A stretch of DNA of 64,000 bases. Origin: Cetorhinus maximus (taxonomy: Eukaryota). The stretch spans positions 18,290,001-18,354,000 of the forward strand of contig NC_135909.1 of NCBI RefSeq assembly GCF_964194155.1, written 5' to 3'. Under the pieces are notes generated by a model, which did not search any database, was not told the DNA's origin, and was given only the letters and a program-made list of their open reading frames with translations. Each line of letters opens with the position of its first letter. Position 1 is the first letter of the stretch. The translations under genes and the position numbers were made by a program. This document shows positions 38,598 to 53,610 of this stretch, one piece after another.

Positions 38598-38623
38598 TCA
38601 GGTCCGGGCGAGCTGTATAAAAG
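38598..38623 (+). promoter_or_regulatory. H4 proximal promoter (GGTCCG site II-like element plus TATA)
   Basis: tcaGGTCCG at 38598-38606; TATAAAAG at 38616-38623. Confidence 0.7.
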
Positions 38624-38671
38624 AGGAACGTGAAGCAGCTAGTGACTCATATTTAGCAGCGATCTGAGTGA

Positions 38672-38992
<321 letters not shown>

Positions 38993-39026
38993 ACAGCTCT
39001 ACCCTTTCTACCAAACACGCAACAAA

Positions 39027-39042
39027 GGCTCTTTTCAGAGCC
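39027..39042 (+). terminator. Histone 3' stem-loop (H4) with downstream purine-rich HDE
   Basis: GGCTCTTTTCAGAGCC followed by ACCCA. Confidence 0.97.
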
Positions 39043-39132
39043 ACCCACCACCTCACAGAGAGAGCAGAGACCTGGGAACGGGAGCTGGGATGGGCTGTGA
39101 TCGGGAATGTTAGTGTCTGAAACAAACAAGAT

Positions 39133-39268
39133 CTCTGAAGAAGAGTCATACAGACTAGAAGGGTTTAACTCTTTTCTCTCCACAGATGCTGTCAGACCTA
39201 CTGAGGTTTCCAGCATTTTCTGTTTATATTTCAGACTTCCAGCATCCGCAGTATTTTTCTTTCATTTT
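39133..39268 (+). mobile_element. Penelope-terminus-derived repeat (left arm only)
   Basis: ctgaagaagagtc..cacagatgctgtcagacc..ccagcatccgcagtatttt; flanked by ttagtgtctga/ttagtgcatga; absent at the paralogous ~53165. Confidence 0.65.
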
Positions 39269-40068
39269 AGTGCATGATTTGTTCCGGGTTTCGGGGGGAT
39301 GTACTAAGTCCCTCAATTTAATCGTTATTTATTATCCTGGATGGCACATTCTCCACTGACGCTGAAAAGCCGCTCCACTACACATTTTCGAAATGTGTTA
39401 TTTTAGGTAACACCAGCCGTTCAATGCGTCAGTGGTGTATGAGGTTACAATCAGATCAGCCATGATTTCACTGAATAGGTTCAGGCTCGTGGCTGAGTGG
39501 CCTCCTGCTCCGAAACCCAATGTTCGGACGGATGTTCGTGAAGTTACTGACAGGGTTTGGGAAACAGCAGTTTCAGCTCAGCCACTCGGCGACCTGGAAT
39601 TCCCGCAGTCTGAGCGACTGCAGCCGGACTCTAGCTCTGATTGGTCAGCCTCTTCCTAGTCTAATTCTTAACCAATCGCTGAGTCAGGGAGAAGAAATCG
39701 AAAATTATGATTGATTTACTTTTTTTTGCATTCGAAAAGCCCGCCAATTCCAGTGTTGGAAAATGCAAGATAATCTTAATTTTCAGGCAACAATTTTTAA
39801 TCTCTCACTTTATGATCTGTTATACTGCGCTCCCTGTCACAAGATCTTGGCGCTATTTTCGGAGCTATTTTCAGAATTTGTCATCTCCTTTCAGGAACCG
39901 GGATCTGTCAGGCCGGGAATAGCGGGAGAATCGAGCCGGTCACTTTCTCCGCTCATTATCGTCATGAACAGCCCAGAATGAGGGCAATGGGAAGGGATCT
40001 GAAGCCCCCAGCACCGGTTCCATTTTATTACCCACTCCAGACCTCTAAGGGAGCGGCGATTTTTAGGA

Positions 40069-40260
40069 TAAAAACAAAAAACTGCGGATGCTGGAAATCC
40101 AAAACAAAAATAAAAATACCTGGAAGAACTCAGCAAGTCTGGCAGCATCTGCGGAGAGGATCTGTTGAAGAGTCATAGCGACTCGAAATGTTAACTGTGT
40201 TCCTCTCCGCAGATGCTGCCAGAGCTGCTGAGTTTTTCAAGGCATTTTTATTTTTGTTTC
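40069..40260. mobile_element. Palindromic Penelope-terminus-derived repeat (left arm only)
   Basis: Inverted arms; flanked by ggcgatttttagg/ggtgaattttagg; absent at the paralogous ~52720. Confidence 0.7.
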
Positions 40261-40580
40261 GGTGAATTTTAGGGTTGGTTGTGCTGTAGGGAGCAATGGA
40301 CAGTCCGTCAATTTTTGCCTGCGAAGTCCAGCACTGACTTTCCACAGTTCAAACAACAGACTGGTGTTTCTGTCCAAAAATAAGCAGGTTCATCAGGATG
40401 ATGCCGGGTTTAAAAATTGTTGGAAGAGGTTAAATGAACAGGAATTTCATTCGGGTAAGGAAATATTGAATTGCAGTGAAATGGTATTTTTAATTTTTAA
40501 AAATTGAGGAACAAAGTCTTCTGATATCGAGTCGGTCAACGGCTGGAAATAAAGGCCGAATTTTTGAAATGGGCAATTAA

Positions 40581-41186
<606 letters not shown>

Positions 41187-41215
41187 AACCCGGCTTCAGC
41201 ACCAAGTACAACAAA

Positions 41216-41231
41216 GGCTCTTTTAAGAGCC
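41216..41231 (+). terminator. Histone 3' stem-loop (H3) plus HDE gaaagagctg
   Basis: GGCTCTTTTAAGAGCC. Confidence 0.97.
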
Positions 41232-41955
41232 AACAGATCGACAAATGAAAGAGCTGCAATCTCCTGTTGTCCACTCCAGGACTTAGACATCGCGAAGATA
41301 CAATTTGCTCCCTTGCATCAGTTCATTTTTCTTGTCTACAAACCTCTTTTGTGGGATTGATAATCACAGACGATGCAGTTGTAAATTGTAGCGCAGATGG
41401 TATATTAATTTCAGCAGAAAATTGGGACTGCGGTCACCTTAGTGCTGTAGGTCACTTCCAATAAAAAGCGGCTGTGAAAATGTATTACATACTGCGAGCA
41501 GACATCAATCCCAAGCAAAGGGTGAGCTGCGGGTTACAAGTCAGTGCTCATGATGTCAATAAAGGCAATGCCTCAAGCAACAAGAGGTGATGACTCCGGT
41601 GCACAGACATAGAATCAAAGAATTTGCACAGCACGGGAGGCCATTCGGCCCTTGCGCATGTCTGCATCTGCTCTCCAAATGAGTGTTATGACCTAATGCT
41701 TCCCCCCATCCCCCATTCCTGCACATTTTTTCTATTCAAATAATCATCTAATACCCTCTTGAATGCCTCTATTGAACCTGCCTCCACTACACTTCCAGAG
41801 AGTGCATTCCAGTCCCGAACCACTCGGGTGGAAATGTAATTTCTCTGTTGATGCGAGTTGGTTGTCCTTGCGGATCATTAGAAACGCTTCACCATTACTG
41901 AAATTCGGCACGCAGCAGACAGACAATAGGTCACCCTTTCACAGACTCTGTGAGT

Positions 41956-41971
41956 GGCTCTGAAAAGAGCC
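41956..41971 (-). terminator. Histone 3' stem-loop (H2A)
   Basis: Minus strand GGCTCTTTTCAGAGCC. Confidence 0.97.
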
Positions 41972-42001
41972 TTTGGCTTATCAGATAAAAGAATGGCCGC
42001 T

Positions 42002-42403
<402 letters not shown>

Positions 42404-42707
42404 TCACAAACACTTTAATAGAGAATGAGGAAACCCTCTCACATTCGCTTCTCTTATAGCTTCGGGAGGAATGGTGCAGCGGGCATTGCTGATTGGTCAC
42501 TTTGTGCTGCGTCTCATAATGTTGTTCATATCACCAATCAGATATCTACTGAACTCACCAATCCGGAGACTTGACGGAGTGAGGGCGGAAAAAAACGGCG
42601 CCAAATTTTGAGATTCCAACCGATCTTTTTTTCAAATTTTAAAAGCCCGCCAAATTTGTAAAAAAAAAAAGCCAAAAAAGAACGGATCGAACATAGTACT
42701 AATTGGA

Positions 42708-42805
42708 TAAAAGCAAAATACAGACGATGCTGGAAATCTGAAACAAAAACAAAAATACCTGGAAAAATTCATCTACGGAAAGGAACACAGTTGACGTTTC
42801 GAGTC
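42708..42805 (-). mobile_element. Truncated Penelope-terminus-derived repeat
   Basis: 9-bp TSD ctaattgga (42699-42707, 42806-42814). Confidence 0.65.
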
Positions 42806-43646
42806 CTAATTGGAAATGGTTATTCAGTATTTATTATTCGAATGTTACATTCTCTTCATCTCTCTCTCTCTTTCCCTGGATTACAGTTATTTGTATATTT
42901 CAATTTCTGATTTTCTGTCTGGGTTTATGTGTATCTGAAAACAAGTCGAAAATAACGGCGCAAATTTACGGAATGTATTTTTTTAATTCGACATCGATAT
43001 ATTTATAAAACAAGAAATACATTTCATATAGAAAATCCAGTTAATAGTGAACACGGTCTGACGACAAAGTTTCAAAAATGTCCGTCCCTAATGGGACTAT
43101 TTCACATTTTATCCTAAATTCCGGATTCGCTTTAAGAATCCGGCATCAATTCTAGATAATCTCGATCCGTCATGAAACCTTCTAAGCAGCCGGCTGAAAG
43201 TGCCATTTACATCGTTCTGCTGATAGACGGGAAATTGTAGATATTTGGGACAGCCAAAATTGAACATGCTTGGAGTAAATTTGCCAGCGTCGAGACTGAA
43301 GTTTGCTGCACAACCGGTGCTAATAGGAAATCAACTGATCGATTATTGAGGCGAAACTTGAACCGAATTGGAACCTGAGGCATTTGCGTTATATTCGCTC
43401 TCTCTCCAAAACCAGGGACAGGGGTCGAATATGACGCGTCTTAAAACAATCGCTTCGTGAGCGGCAAGTCATTAATTTATGGGACATCATTAACGAAGCC
43501 CAACAATTGAACGAGTTAAATCTACGTTACCGAGAATCTGATTGAAACGTGATCAAAATAATAATTTCAAAATTCGAAATGCTCCATAGTAAAATCATAA
43601 CTTGTAACTAAAGAAATCATATAGCTTTTTCAGAGAGATTGTGGGT

Positions 43647-43662
43647 GGCTCTTAAAAGAGCC
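43647..43662 (-). terminator. Histone 3' stem-loop (H2B)
   Basis: Minus strand GGCTCTTTTAAGAGCC followed by ACCCA. Confidence 0.97.
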
Positions 43663-43701
43663 GTTGTGTTGTGAATGTGTTTTTCAGTCAGTTCGGGGGT
43701 C

Positions 43702-44076
43702 TTACTTGGAGCTGGTGTACTTGGTCACCGCCTTTGTCCCTTCCGACACGGCGTGCTTGGCCAGTTCCCCGGGCAGCAGCAGGCGCACGGCGGTCTGGAT
43801 TTCCCGGGAGCTGATGGTGCTTCGCTTGTTGTAATGGGCCAGGCGGGAAGCCTCACCCGCGATGCGCTCGAAAATATCGCTCACGAACGAGTTCATGATG
43901 CTCATGGCCTTGGAGGAGATGCCGGTGTCGGGGTGAACCTGCTTCATCACTTTGTAGATGTAGATGGCGTAACTCTCCTTCCGCGACTTTCGCCGCTTCT
44001 TGCCGCCCTTCACTACCGGTTTCTTTAAGGCTTTCTTGCCTCCCTTCTTGGCAGCTGGTTTCTTCTCATCAACCAT
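43702..44076 (-). CDS. H2B: Histone H2B (124 aa)
   Basis: [40 protein letters not shown]; ATG at 44076 downstream of octamer-like and TATA-like elements. Confidence 0.98.
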   Translation of the reverse strand: MVDEKKPAAKKGGKKALKKPVVKGGKKRRKSRKESYAIYIYKVMKQVHPDTGISSKAMSIMNSFVSDIFERIAGEASRLAHYNKRSTISSREIQTAVRLLLPGELAKHAVSEGTKAVTKYTSSK

Positions 44077-44146
44077 CGTCACTTTCAGACACAGAATAAA
44101 ACGAACCACTTCCGAGCGCCGATTAAATAGACAGTCTGACAGACCA

Positions 44147-44154
44147 ATGCTAAT
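44147..44154 (-). promoter_or_regulatory. H2B octamer-like element ATTAGCAT
   Basis: CTCATTAGCAT upstream of CTATTTAA; identical at 49059-49066. Confidence 0.6.
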
Positions 44155-44567
44155 GAGGAATGGGGAATCGATGATTCTGATTGGACATTTAATAAAATAC
44201 AACAGCCACTTATTTTGTACTTTTCTCTGTTTGCATTTTTAAAGTGGCCAATCAAATTTCGACTTCTCCACCAATCATTAGCCCTTTTACGACAATCAGG
44301 AAATATATTCTATCAGGATTCTCTCTAGTCCCAGTTTCTCAGTTTGTGAAGATACACCGGGAATTGTTGTCTGGCTGTCGGTGCGAGGGGCCTTTCTCCA
44401 CAGAGGGACTGCACGAAAATGCGGGATTCCTCCCGGAACTCTTGTAACTTGTGCGACTTACTCACTGGGATATTGTGTATGTGTGTGTGAGTGGTAGGGG
44501 GTTGGAGTATCGGGAGTGAAATTTGTTCTTGAGGCTGTGGTCCGCTGTAACAAACACTCACACAGTC

Positions 44568-44722
44568 ATAAAAACAAAAAACTACTGCGGATGCTGGAAA
44601 TCCAAAACAAAAACAGAATTACCTGAAAAAACTCAGCAGGTCTGGCAGCATCGGCGGAGAAGAAAAGAGTTGACGTTTCGAGTCCTCATGACCCTTCAAC
44701 AGAACAGAGTCATGACTCTTCA
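44568..44722 (-). mobile_element. Penelope-terminus-derived repeat with a hammerhead-like motif (44669-44705)
   Basis: Minus strand GTT-CTGTTGA-A-GGGTC-ATGAG-GACTC-GAA-ACGT-C-AAC. Confidence 0.65.
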
Positions 44723-44729
44723 ACTCACG

Positions 44730-45510
44730 CACACACATTATTAAAGAATGGGAGTTTCAGAATGATTCCCAAATTTACATTCAGGACCATTGAACTATAT
44801 TAAAATAATCCCATAATCAAACCATGTATGATATCCTGACAGTTATAGAAAGAATCTTCCATCCACAGCCACACGTGTTACCAGTGACTGACAAATACAG
44901 CCAGAGTCCTACACGTAAACTCAGTACCAGAGGCTGAGTAATACAGGATTAATTACACATATACACAGAAATAAAGACAAAAACATCCCCACACAGACAC
45001 TCTACCAGAGACTAAGAGATAGAAAATGAATTTCCAGTACCACTGAACAATTCAGGTTGAGTCCCAAAAGCTCAATCTGTACCAGAGCCTGATAGATACA
45101 GAAAGAATGCCTTACAAACAGGCCAAAGCTTCACAGCTACATAGTCAGACATCAATTACCAAAGACTGGCAGTTACTTAAGGAGAAAACACTCACAGTAT
45201 CACGAAGTGGTAAATACGGAGTCAATTCCACAGTCACACATCACAAAGTCCAACAGATATGGAATGAAACTCTCACATGTACAGTGTCAAAGACTGACAT
45301 GCAAATTTCACATTCAAATGTCATACTAATAGAATGGAAATTTGAGAATGAATCACATACTCACATTCAGGTTCATGAATCACAGATAAAGATTGAATCA
45401 CACATTCACATCGCTTGCCAGGTGCCAACAGACATACAATTGATCCCAGCTTTATATATAGTACCAGAGACTGACTGGTGCAGAATACACCTGAATCTCA
45501 CATCGAGCAG
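44730..45510 (-). repeat. Degenerate ~46-bp satellite (CA-rich orientation)
   Basis: Recurring cagtaccagagactga.agatacagaatgaat..cacactcaca. Confidence 0.7.
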
Positions 45511-45539
45511 AATAGATGGACTGATGCATTAAACCTTCA

Positions 45540-46630
45540 GAAATAGGAGCTGGACTTGGCTATTTGGCCATTCGACCTCCTCCATCATTCATTCAGACAG
45601 ATGTTCTACCTCAACTCCACTTTGCCGCACTCTCCTTATATCCCTAGTATCCAAAATCAATTGACCTCTGTCTGGAACATACTCAATGGCTGAGCTTCCA
45701 AATCTCTCTGGGGTGGAGAATTCCAAAGAATCTCAACACTTTCAGTGAAGACATTTCTCCTCATATCATTCCAAAATGGCCAATGCTGTGATCTGAGATG
45801 GTGACCACATGTTGTAGATTCCGGAGCCAGGAGAACCATTTTCTTAGCATCTACCCTGACAAGCCGCTTAAGAGTTTTATTTGTTTCATTTAGATAACCT
45901 GTATTCTTCTAAAATCCAGGGAATATAGACCTAGTCTCCTCAATCTCCCCTCATAAGAAATCCACTTGTCACAGAAACCAAGCTAGTGAACAATTATTGC
46001 CCTCCCTCTAAAGCAACTATGCCCTTCCTTATGTAAGGAGACCAAACTGCACACAGTACTCCAGGTGTAGCCTTAATTGTGCCCTGGATAAATGGAAGAT
46101 TTTTCACTCCTGTAATTCAAACCTTTGGAACAAATGTGAACATAACACTTCCCTTCCTATCTGCTTGCTGTACCTGCAGTTTTACTTTCTGTAATTCATG
46201 TACAAGGACACCCAGCTCTCTCTGACTGCAAACGTGTTCCAGTCTCACATTCAAACATGTTCTTTTTTCCCCCTTCAAAACTGGGCCCACCCACACTACC
46301 ATATTGTATTCTATCTGCCATGTTCTTGACAACTCAGACAACCTGTCTAAATGCCTTAGCAGGTTTTTTGTGTCCTCACAGATTAATTTTCCACCAATTT
46401 TGTATCATCAACAAACTTGAATATGTTCCATTCAGTACCCAACTAAATCATCAATATATGTTGTAAGTAACTGATGGCTGTGTTTTATCAAGAGTAAGTT
46501 AGAGCCTGCCAATCCGAAAATTCCTGTTTATTCCGACACTGTTTTCTGTCCATTTACTAATCCTTGATCCATGCTAATGTTTGATCCCCAATCACATGTT
46601 CTAATTTTGTGTAATAAACTCCTGTGTGGG
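45540..46630 (-). mobile_element. CR1-type LINE 3' fragment
   Basis: RRNVFTESVEILWNSPP, TWQIEYN and the CR1 tail. Confidence 0.75.
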
Positions 46631-47819
46631 ATCTTTGCAAATTGCTGAGCAAAATTACACCCCCCTCAGATTGCAAGGCCCTGTGTTACCAAAACAAAAG
46701 GAGAACCTTAAATACACATTAAATGACAAAGAGATCAGACAAACAGTACCCACTTGTAAGATCTTGCATGAATCCCAATATTGTACCCATACTACAGACT
46801 GAACTATGCATTACATACCACTCCCCAAACCTCAGAGTGTCTACAAGCTAGATGATGTATCAGATTGTGTGATATACAGACATTCAGGGTTGTGTTGACA
46901 GAGATGGAATTTTAATCCAAAACTCTGACATAATAACTGATTAATACCCACAGCTATTAACTCCAGTTGAAACACATTTTATATTAAACATAAGTCAGGC
47001 TTACACTCATGCTACATAGATTAGAATCTCGCAATTGTTACAGCAGAGGGAGGCCACTCAGCCCATCGTATCTGTGCCAGCTCTCTGCAAGAGCAGCTCA
47101 GCTGCTCACATATTCTTCCCCGCAGGCCTGTTTAATTTTCCTTTTGTTCTTTTTCTATTTTTCTTTGTGCAGTGAGCTCAACTTATCTATTCACATGCAC
47201 ACAATTGATTCTATTTATGGACAGCGGTCATATCCATTCGACATCCATCCTTTCCCGAGGTTAATAGGCCCAGCTATTCTAAGCCAGTGCTGATTACGGA
47301 TGAGGTTTCAACTGCAACATGGATAACTCTATATTGGGATTCATGTATCTGCCATCCCCTTCTCCATTACCCTTTACACTCCCTGATAGCAGGTTTAGTT
47401 GCCCTGAGCTGTGTCTGGTACCTATCCCAAAATTCTCCTACTGCAGTATAACTGCTTTCATTGGATTTGCCTCAGCAAATGAGGAAGGATCTACCTTGGT
47501 TTGTTTGGTTTTAAACACCACTTTTCAAATTCACTCTCCCAGCGAGAAGCCTGATCTACTAAGGATGTAAATCAGAAATTCAGACTTGTATTCTACCTGA
47601 TTTCCAGGCATTGAAATTAATTTCCAGCCAGATTCCTGTTTTGCACGACCCAGTGGGGAATCTCCTCACTCACAACACAAGGTGAGATAATTACAGGTCT
47701 AAAGAGCAGTTGACAAGTCTGACTTTTTAAACATTTATGTGTATAAAGATTGCTAAAAATTTTAAAAAAAGATTGTCAATCTGATATGAAAATGTGAACT
47801 TAACGCTGAAGTGGAGAAA

Positions 47820-48700
47820 TTTTCAGGTAGACCCAATTCTGCAAACATCTAGAGAGTTAGTAATCACTGGTCCCAGAGATGTAGAGATACAGAATGAATC
47901 TGACATTCACACAGTACCACAGACCAAGAAACACAGAAAAATCTTACAGCCAAAAACTGATAGGGACAAAATGAATCCTTCATTTCTGCAAAGCATCAGG
48001 CACTGAGTTAGAAAATGGCTTCAACGCTTACACAGGGTACCAGAGTCCATCAGAAACAAAATGATTTGCAAGCTTCCATAAAGTACCACTGATTGAGAGA
48101 GAATTGATCCCACTCATACCAATACTATCCATTGAGGCAAATTCTACATTGTCAGTCTTTGGTGCCGAATGTGACAGTGGGGTTACTTCTGTCAAAAATT
48201 GCAAGAGATGGACCTATTGAGAATGAATTACACACTTTGAATCAGTACCAGAGACTGACCGATACAGACTGAATTTCACACTCCCATTCAGCAAAGGATG
48301 TTGACAGGTGCAGAGTTAATCTCACATTCACACACAGTATCAGATATTGACAGTGAATGAGAAGTTCAGACTCAGAGATAGTACCACAGGCTGAAAGACA
48401 TAGAATCAATACAACTCTGACCTACAATGACAGGGACTGACAAATAAAGAATCTCATTCACATACAGTTACAGAGATTGACATGTACAGAATAAATCCAA
48501 TACTTTTCGTGGCCGAGAGAAACACATGCTGATTTAATTCCGCACTGTCTTATAGTCCCAAGGAGCCAATAATTTCACTTACATGCACCAATAACGGACA
48601 GATGCACAATGAGCCTCAGGATATCAAGTGAATCCAACACTGAGACATGGTCCCATCAAGTCACAGACACAGAAGAAATCCAGCCCTCGCACACTGTACC
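47820..48700 (-). repeat. Degenerate ~46-bp satellite (CA-rich orientation)
   Basis: Consecutive 46-bp units from 48243 (cagtaccagagactgaccgatacagactgaatttcacactcccatt, cagcaaaggatgttgacaggtgcagagttaatctcacattcacaca). Confidence 0.75.
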
Positions 48701-49143
48701 ACGGCCTTCCAAACAGTGAAGGAACCCCACTCTCACACACAGAATCAGGGAGTGAATAAATCCAACAATCACAGACTTTACCAAAGCCTCACAATTCCTG
48801 AGGGAACCCCACATTACCGTACAGTCCCTCGCACCGACTGCCAGGCGACATTTCCTAGTGTATCTTTACACACTGAGAAATTCCGCCTGGAGAGGGTCTT
48901 TGTAAAAAGTATTTCCTGATTGCAGTAAGGAGGCCTATGATTGGTGGAGAAAGCTAAATATGATTGGTCGATTTCTCTATCCAATCAAATAAATCACAAA
49001 TTAAGAACTTGTTTTCTTTTAAAAATGTCCAATAAGAATTGTTGTTTTCTCATTCCTCATTAGCATATATCTGTCAGACTGTCTATTTAATGAGCGGACG
49101 GAAGGGGTTTGGTTTATTTCTGTGGCTGAAATTGAGATTGACG

Positions 49144-49521
49144 ATGGTTGAAGAGAAGAAGAAACCAGTTGCTAAGAAGGGCGCCAAGAAAGCGGTGAAT
49201 AAGCCGTCAGGAAAGGGCGGCAAGAAGCGGCGAAAGTCGAGGAAGGAGAGTTACTCCATCTACATCTACAAAGTGATGAAGCAGGTTCATCCCGACACCG
49301 GCATCTCCTCTAAGGCCATGAGCATCATGAACTCGTTCGTGAGCGATATTTTCGAGCGCATCGCGGGTGAGGCTTCCCGCCTGGCCCATTACAACAAGCG
49401 CAGCACCATCAGCTCCCGGGAGATCCAGACCGCCGTGCGCCTGCTGCTGCCCGGGGAACTGGCCAAGCACGCCGTGTCGGAAGGGACAAAGGCGGTGACC
49501 AAGTACACCAGCTCCAAGTAA
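49144..49521 (+). CDS. H2B: Histone H2B (125 aa)
   Basis: [41 protein letters not shown]. Confidence 0.98.
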   Translation: MVEEKKKPVAKKGAKKAVNKPSGKGGKKRRKSRKESYSIYIYKVMKQVHPDTGISSKAMSIMNSFVSDIFERIAGEASRLAHYNKRSTISSREIQTAVRLLLPGELAKHAVSEGTKAVTKYTSSK

Positions 49522-49560
49522 AACCCCCGAACTGACTGAAAAACACATTCACAAAACAAA

Positions 49561-49576
49561 GGCTCTTTTAAGAGCC
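49561..49576 (+). terminator. Histone 3' stem-loop (H2B)
   Basis: GGCTCTTTTAAGAGCC; HDE-like taaggagctg downstream. Confidence 0.96.
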
Positions 49577-50301
49577 GCTCACAATCTCTACTAAGGAGCT
49601 GCACCCGACATCTTCCTACTGGATTATTATAATATAAAATAACTTCCACTGCTGTTAGTGTCTCCTGTCCTGTAACCCAGACACTAACCCTTTAATTAGC
49701 TCATCGGCCTTCGCTTTGTGCTGAAAGCGGTTATTCTGTTATCACAGCCTTTAAGTGACCTCATTAGCTGCTGTTTTCAACTTTAATTGTCCCTTCCCCC
49801 AATTCCTGAAACAGTTACTGAGTCATTTTATTAATTTTCCGCAGGGTAACAGCCGGAGTGGGATTATTACAGAGCGGAATAAGAACAGTCTGAGGACTCG
49901 ATCAGCTCCCTCTTTACAGCGAAGGGTGTTCGGTTCAGAGTGAAGTCTGAACGGAATGTTTCACTCCTGGGAAAGCGGTGACCCGGGATTGATTCCCTCC
50001 CGGGACAGTTAGAAAGCGACAGGAGAATGAACCACATTTAAACAAAATGATAAAACCCGCGCCTGCGATTGGTGATGACACGAGCTGAATAAAACCAAAT
50101 AAAGAGAAGGGATTTGAAATCTCAGACCAAAGACGACATTTACTTTAATCCGCTTCTTTCCCGCAGTGAAATTGGCGGGCTTTTTAAAATGGACATTTTT
50201 CTGGTTCTGACGGTTATTTGCAAATCCCGCCCTTTTCTGCTTCCATTTATCTGATTGGTGAAGAATATAGGCAAATAAGTGGATTGAACAGAGACCAATG
50301 A

Positions 50302-50775
<474 letters not shown>

Positions 50776-50805
50776 AGCGGCCATTCTTTAATCTAATAAC
50801 CCAAA

Positions 50806-50821
50806 GGCTCTTTTCAGAGCC
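50806..50821 (+). terminator. Histone 3' stem-loop (H2A)
   Basis: GGCTCTTTTCAGAGCC. Confidence 0.97.
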
Positions 50822-50969
50822 ACTCACAGAGTCTGTGAAAGGGTGAACTATTGTCTGTCCGCGGCCGGACCAAATTTGTAAGTGATTCTGGACCAATAAT
50901 GGCGAAGGAAGAACTCGCACAACGTTTGGGAAGTATTTAGTTGCGCCCTCGAAACGACATAACTAAAAG

Positions 50970-51410
50970 TACTACGGGCTAAGTGCTGGAGAATAGAATT
51001 AGAATAGATAGGTGCTTGATGATCGGCACGGTTACGATGGACCTGTTTCTGTGCTGTATAACGCTATGACCTCTCTAGTGCAACAACATCCTTCCTATAC
51101 GGGCAGATGAGTTTTTCCCAGGCTGCTGTGGAAGGCAAGGGAGGAGATTGCAGGGACCTTGTTATTAATTTTCAAATCGTTGACCACAGGAGAGGTGAAA
51201 GGACTGGAGGACAGCTAATGGTTTCCATTATTCAAAAAGGGGGCTAGGGATAAACCAAAGAACTATAGGCCAGTCAGTCTTAACATCAGTGGTAGGGAAA
51301 CTTATGAAAAAGATTCTGAGGGACACAATTAATTTCCACTTGGAGAGGCAAGGATTAATCAAGGATAGTCAGTCCGGCACGGACACGAGCGGCCTGTTTC
51401 TTTGCTGTAT
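50970..51410 (+). mobile_element. CR1-type LINE fragments
   Basis: CR1 tail cctgtttctgtgctgtata and PLFKKGARDKPKNYRPVS. Confidence 0.7.
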
Positions 51411-51756
51411 AACTGACTAAAAACAACCATCAAAAATATCTGCGCACTGGAGGGTTACTATCGGACAATCGCTTCATGTTCATAGTGTAACCTTATAATA
51501 ACAATGAGTATTGACTTACAAACCGTACCTCACCCTGTGCCGCAATTCGTTGGAAAAAAATCCGTGGCCTAAAATATTCGCAGACATAACCTGAGCTGCA
51601 ATTGATAACTGCATCATCTGTATTCTCTCAATTCTACAACCTCTATGTCGACAAGACAAATAAACCGGTGCAAGGGAGAATAAATTTTATCTTCGAGTTG
51701 TTTAAGTGCTGGAGTGTTTAACAGGAGATCGCAGCTCTTTCATTTGTCGATTTAGT

Positions 51757-51772
51757 GGCTCTTAAAAGAGCC
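51757..51772 (-). terminator. Histone 3' stem-loop (H3)
   Basis: Minus strand GGCTCTTTTAAGAGCC; HDE gaaagagctg. Confidence 0.97.
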
Positions 51773-51801
51773 TTTGTTGTACTTGGTGCTGAAGCCGGGT
51801 T

Positions 51802-52407
<606 letters not shown>

Positions 52408-53238
52408 TTAATTGGCCATTTCAAAAATTCCGCCAATTTTTTGCAGCCGATTCCCGTCTCGAGAATATGCTTCGTTCTTCCCTTTTTTGTAAATTAAAAA
52501 TACAATTTTTCACTCTCACTCGCTATTTCCTAACCCCAATGAAATTCCAGTTCATGTGATCTGTCCCGGCAATTTTTAAACCAGGTATCATCCTGGTGAA
52601 TCTGCTCATTTTTAGACAGAAACACCAGTCTGTTGTTTGAACTGTGTAAAGTCAGTGCTGAATTTCCGAGGCAAAAATTGAAGGACTGTCCATTGCTCCC
52701 TACAGCACAACTAACCCTCGAAATCGCCGCTCACTTCGAGGAATGGAATGGGAAATAAAATAGAAACGGTGCTGGGGGCATCAGACCCCTTCCCATTGCC
52801 CTCATTCTGGGCTGTTCATGCCGATAAAGAGCGGCTCGAATTTCCGTTATTCCCAGTCTAAGTCTACACGAACATACGTGCGAATATTTGGATTAGGAGC
52901 AGGAGGAGGCCACTCAGCCCATCAAGCCTGCCTCGCCTGATCCTGATATGATTGTAACCTCAAATCCACTGACGGATTGAACGGCTGGTGTCAGAGGAAC
53001 CGCCAGATCCTGTCATTACTACCTGACTAATTATTCATTTAAAACAAAACCTATCGAAAATATGAGGCAGTGGAGAGGCCTTTCAGTGTCAGTGCAGAAT
53101 GGGCCATCCGGGTAAATAAACCATTAAAAAGATTCTCAGTACATTCCCGTCCAGAACAAATCAGGCACTAACATTCCAGATCAAAGCGCATCCCAGCTCC
53201 CGTTCCCAGGTTTCTGCTCTCTCTGTGAGGCGGTGGGT

Positions 53239-53254
53239 GGCTCTTAAAAGAGCC
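53239..53254 (-). terminator. Histone 3' stem-loop (H4)
   Basis: Minus strand GGCTCTTTTAAGAGCC followed by ACCCA. Confidence 0.97.
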
Positions 53255-53289
53255 TTTGTTGTTGTGTTTGGTAGAGAGAGTCGAGTTGT

Positions 53290-53610
<321 letters not shown>

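Noticed and set aside
49039-49143. Upstream in-frame extension of H2B including an MSGRKG-like start (also 44077-44202)
   Set aside because: The ATG overlaps the TATA-like element, so it is upstream of the likely TSS; not conserved in the other copy
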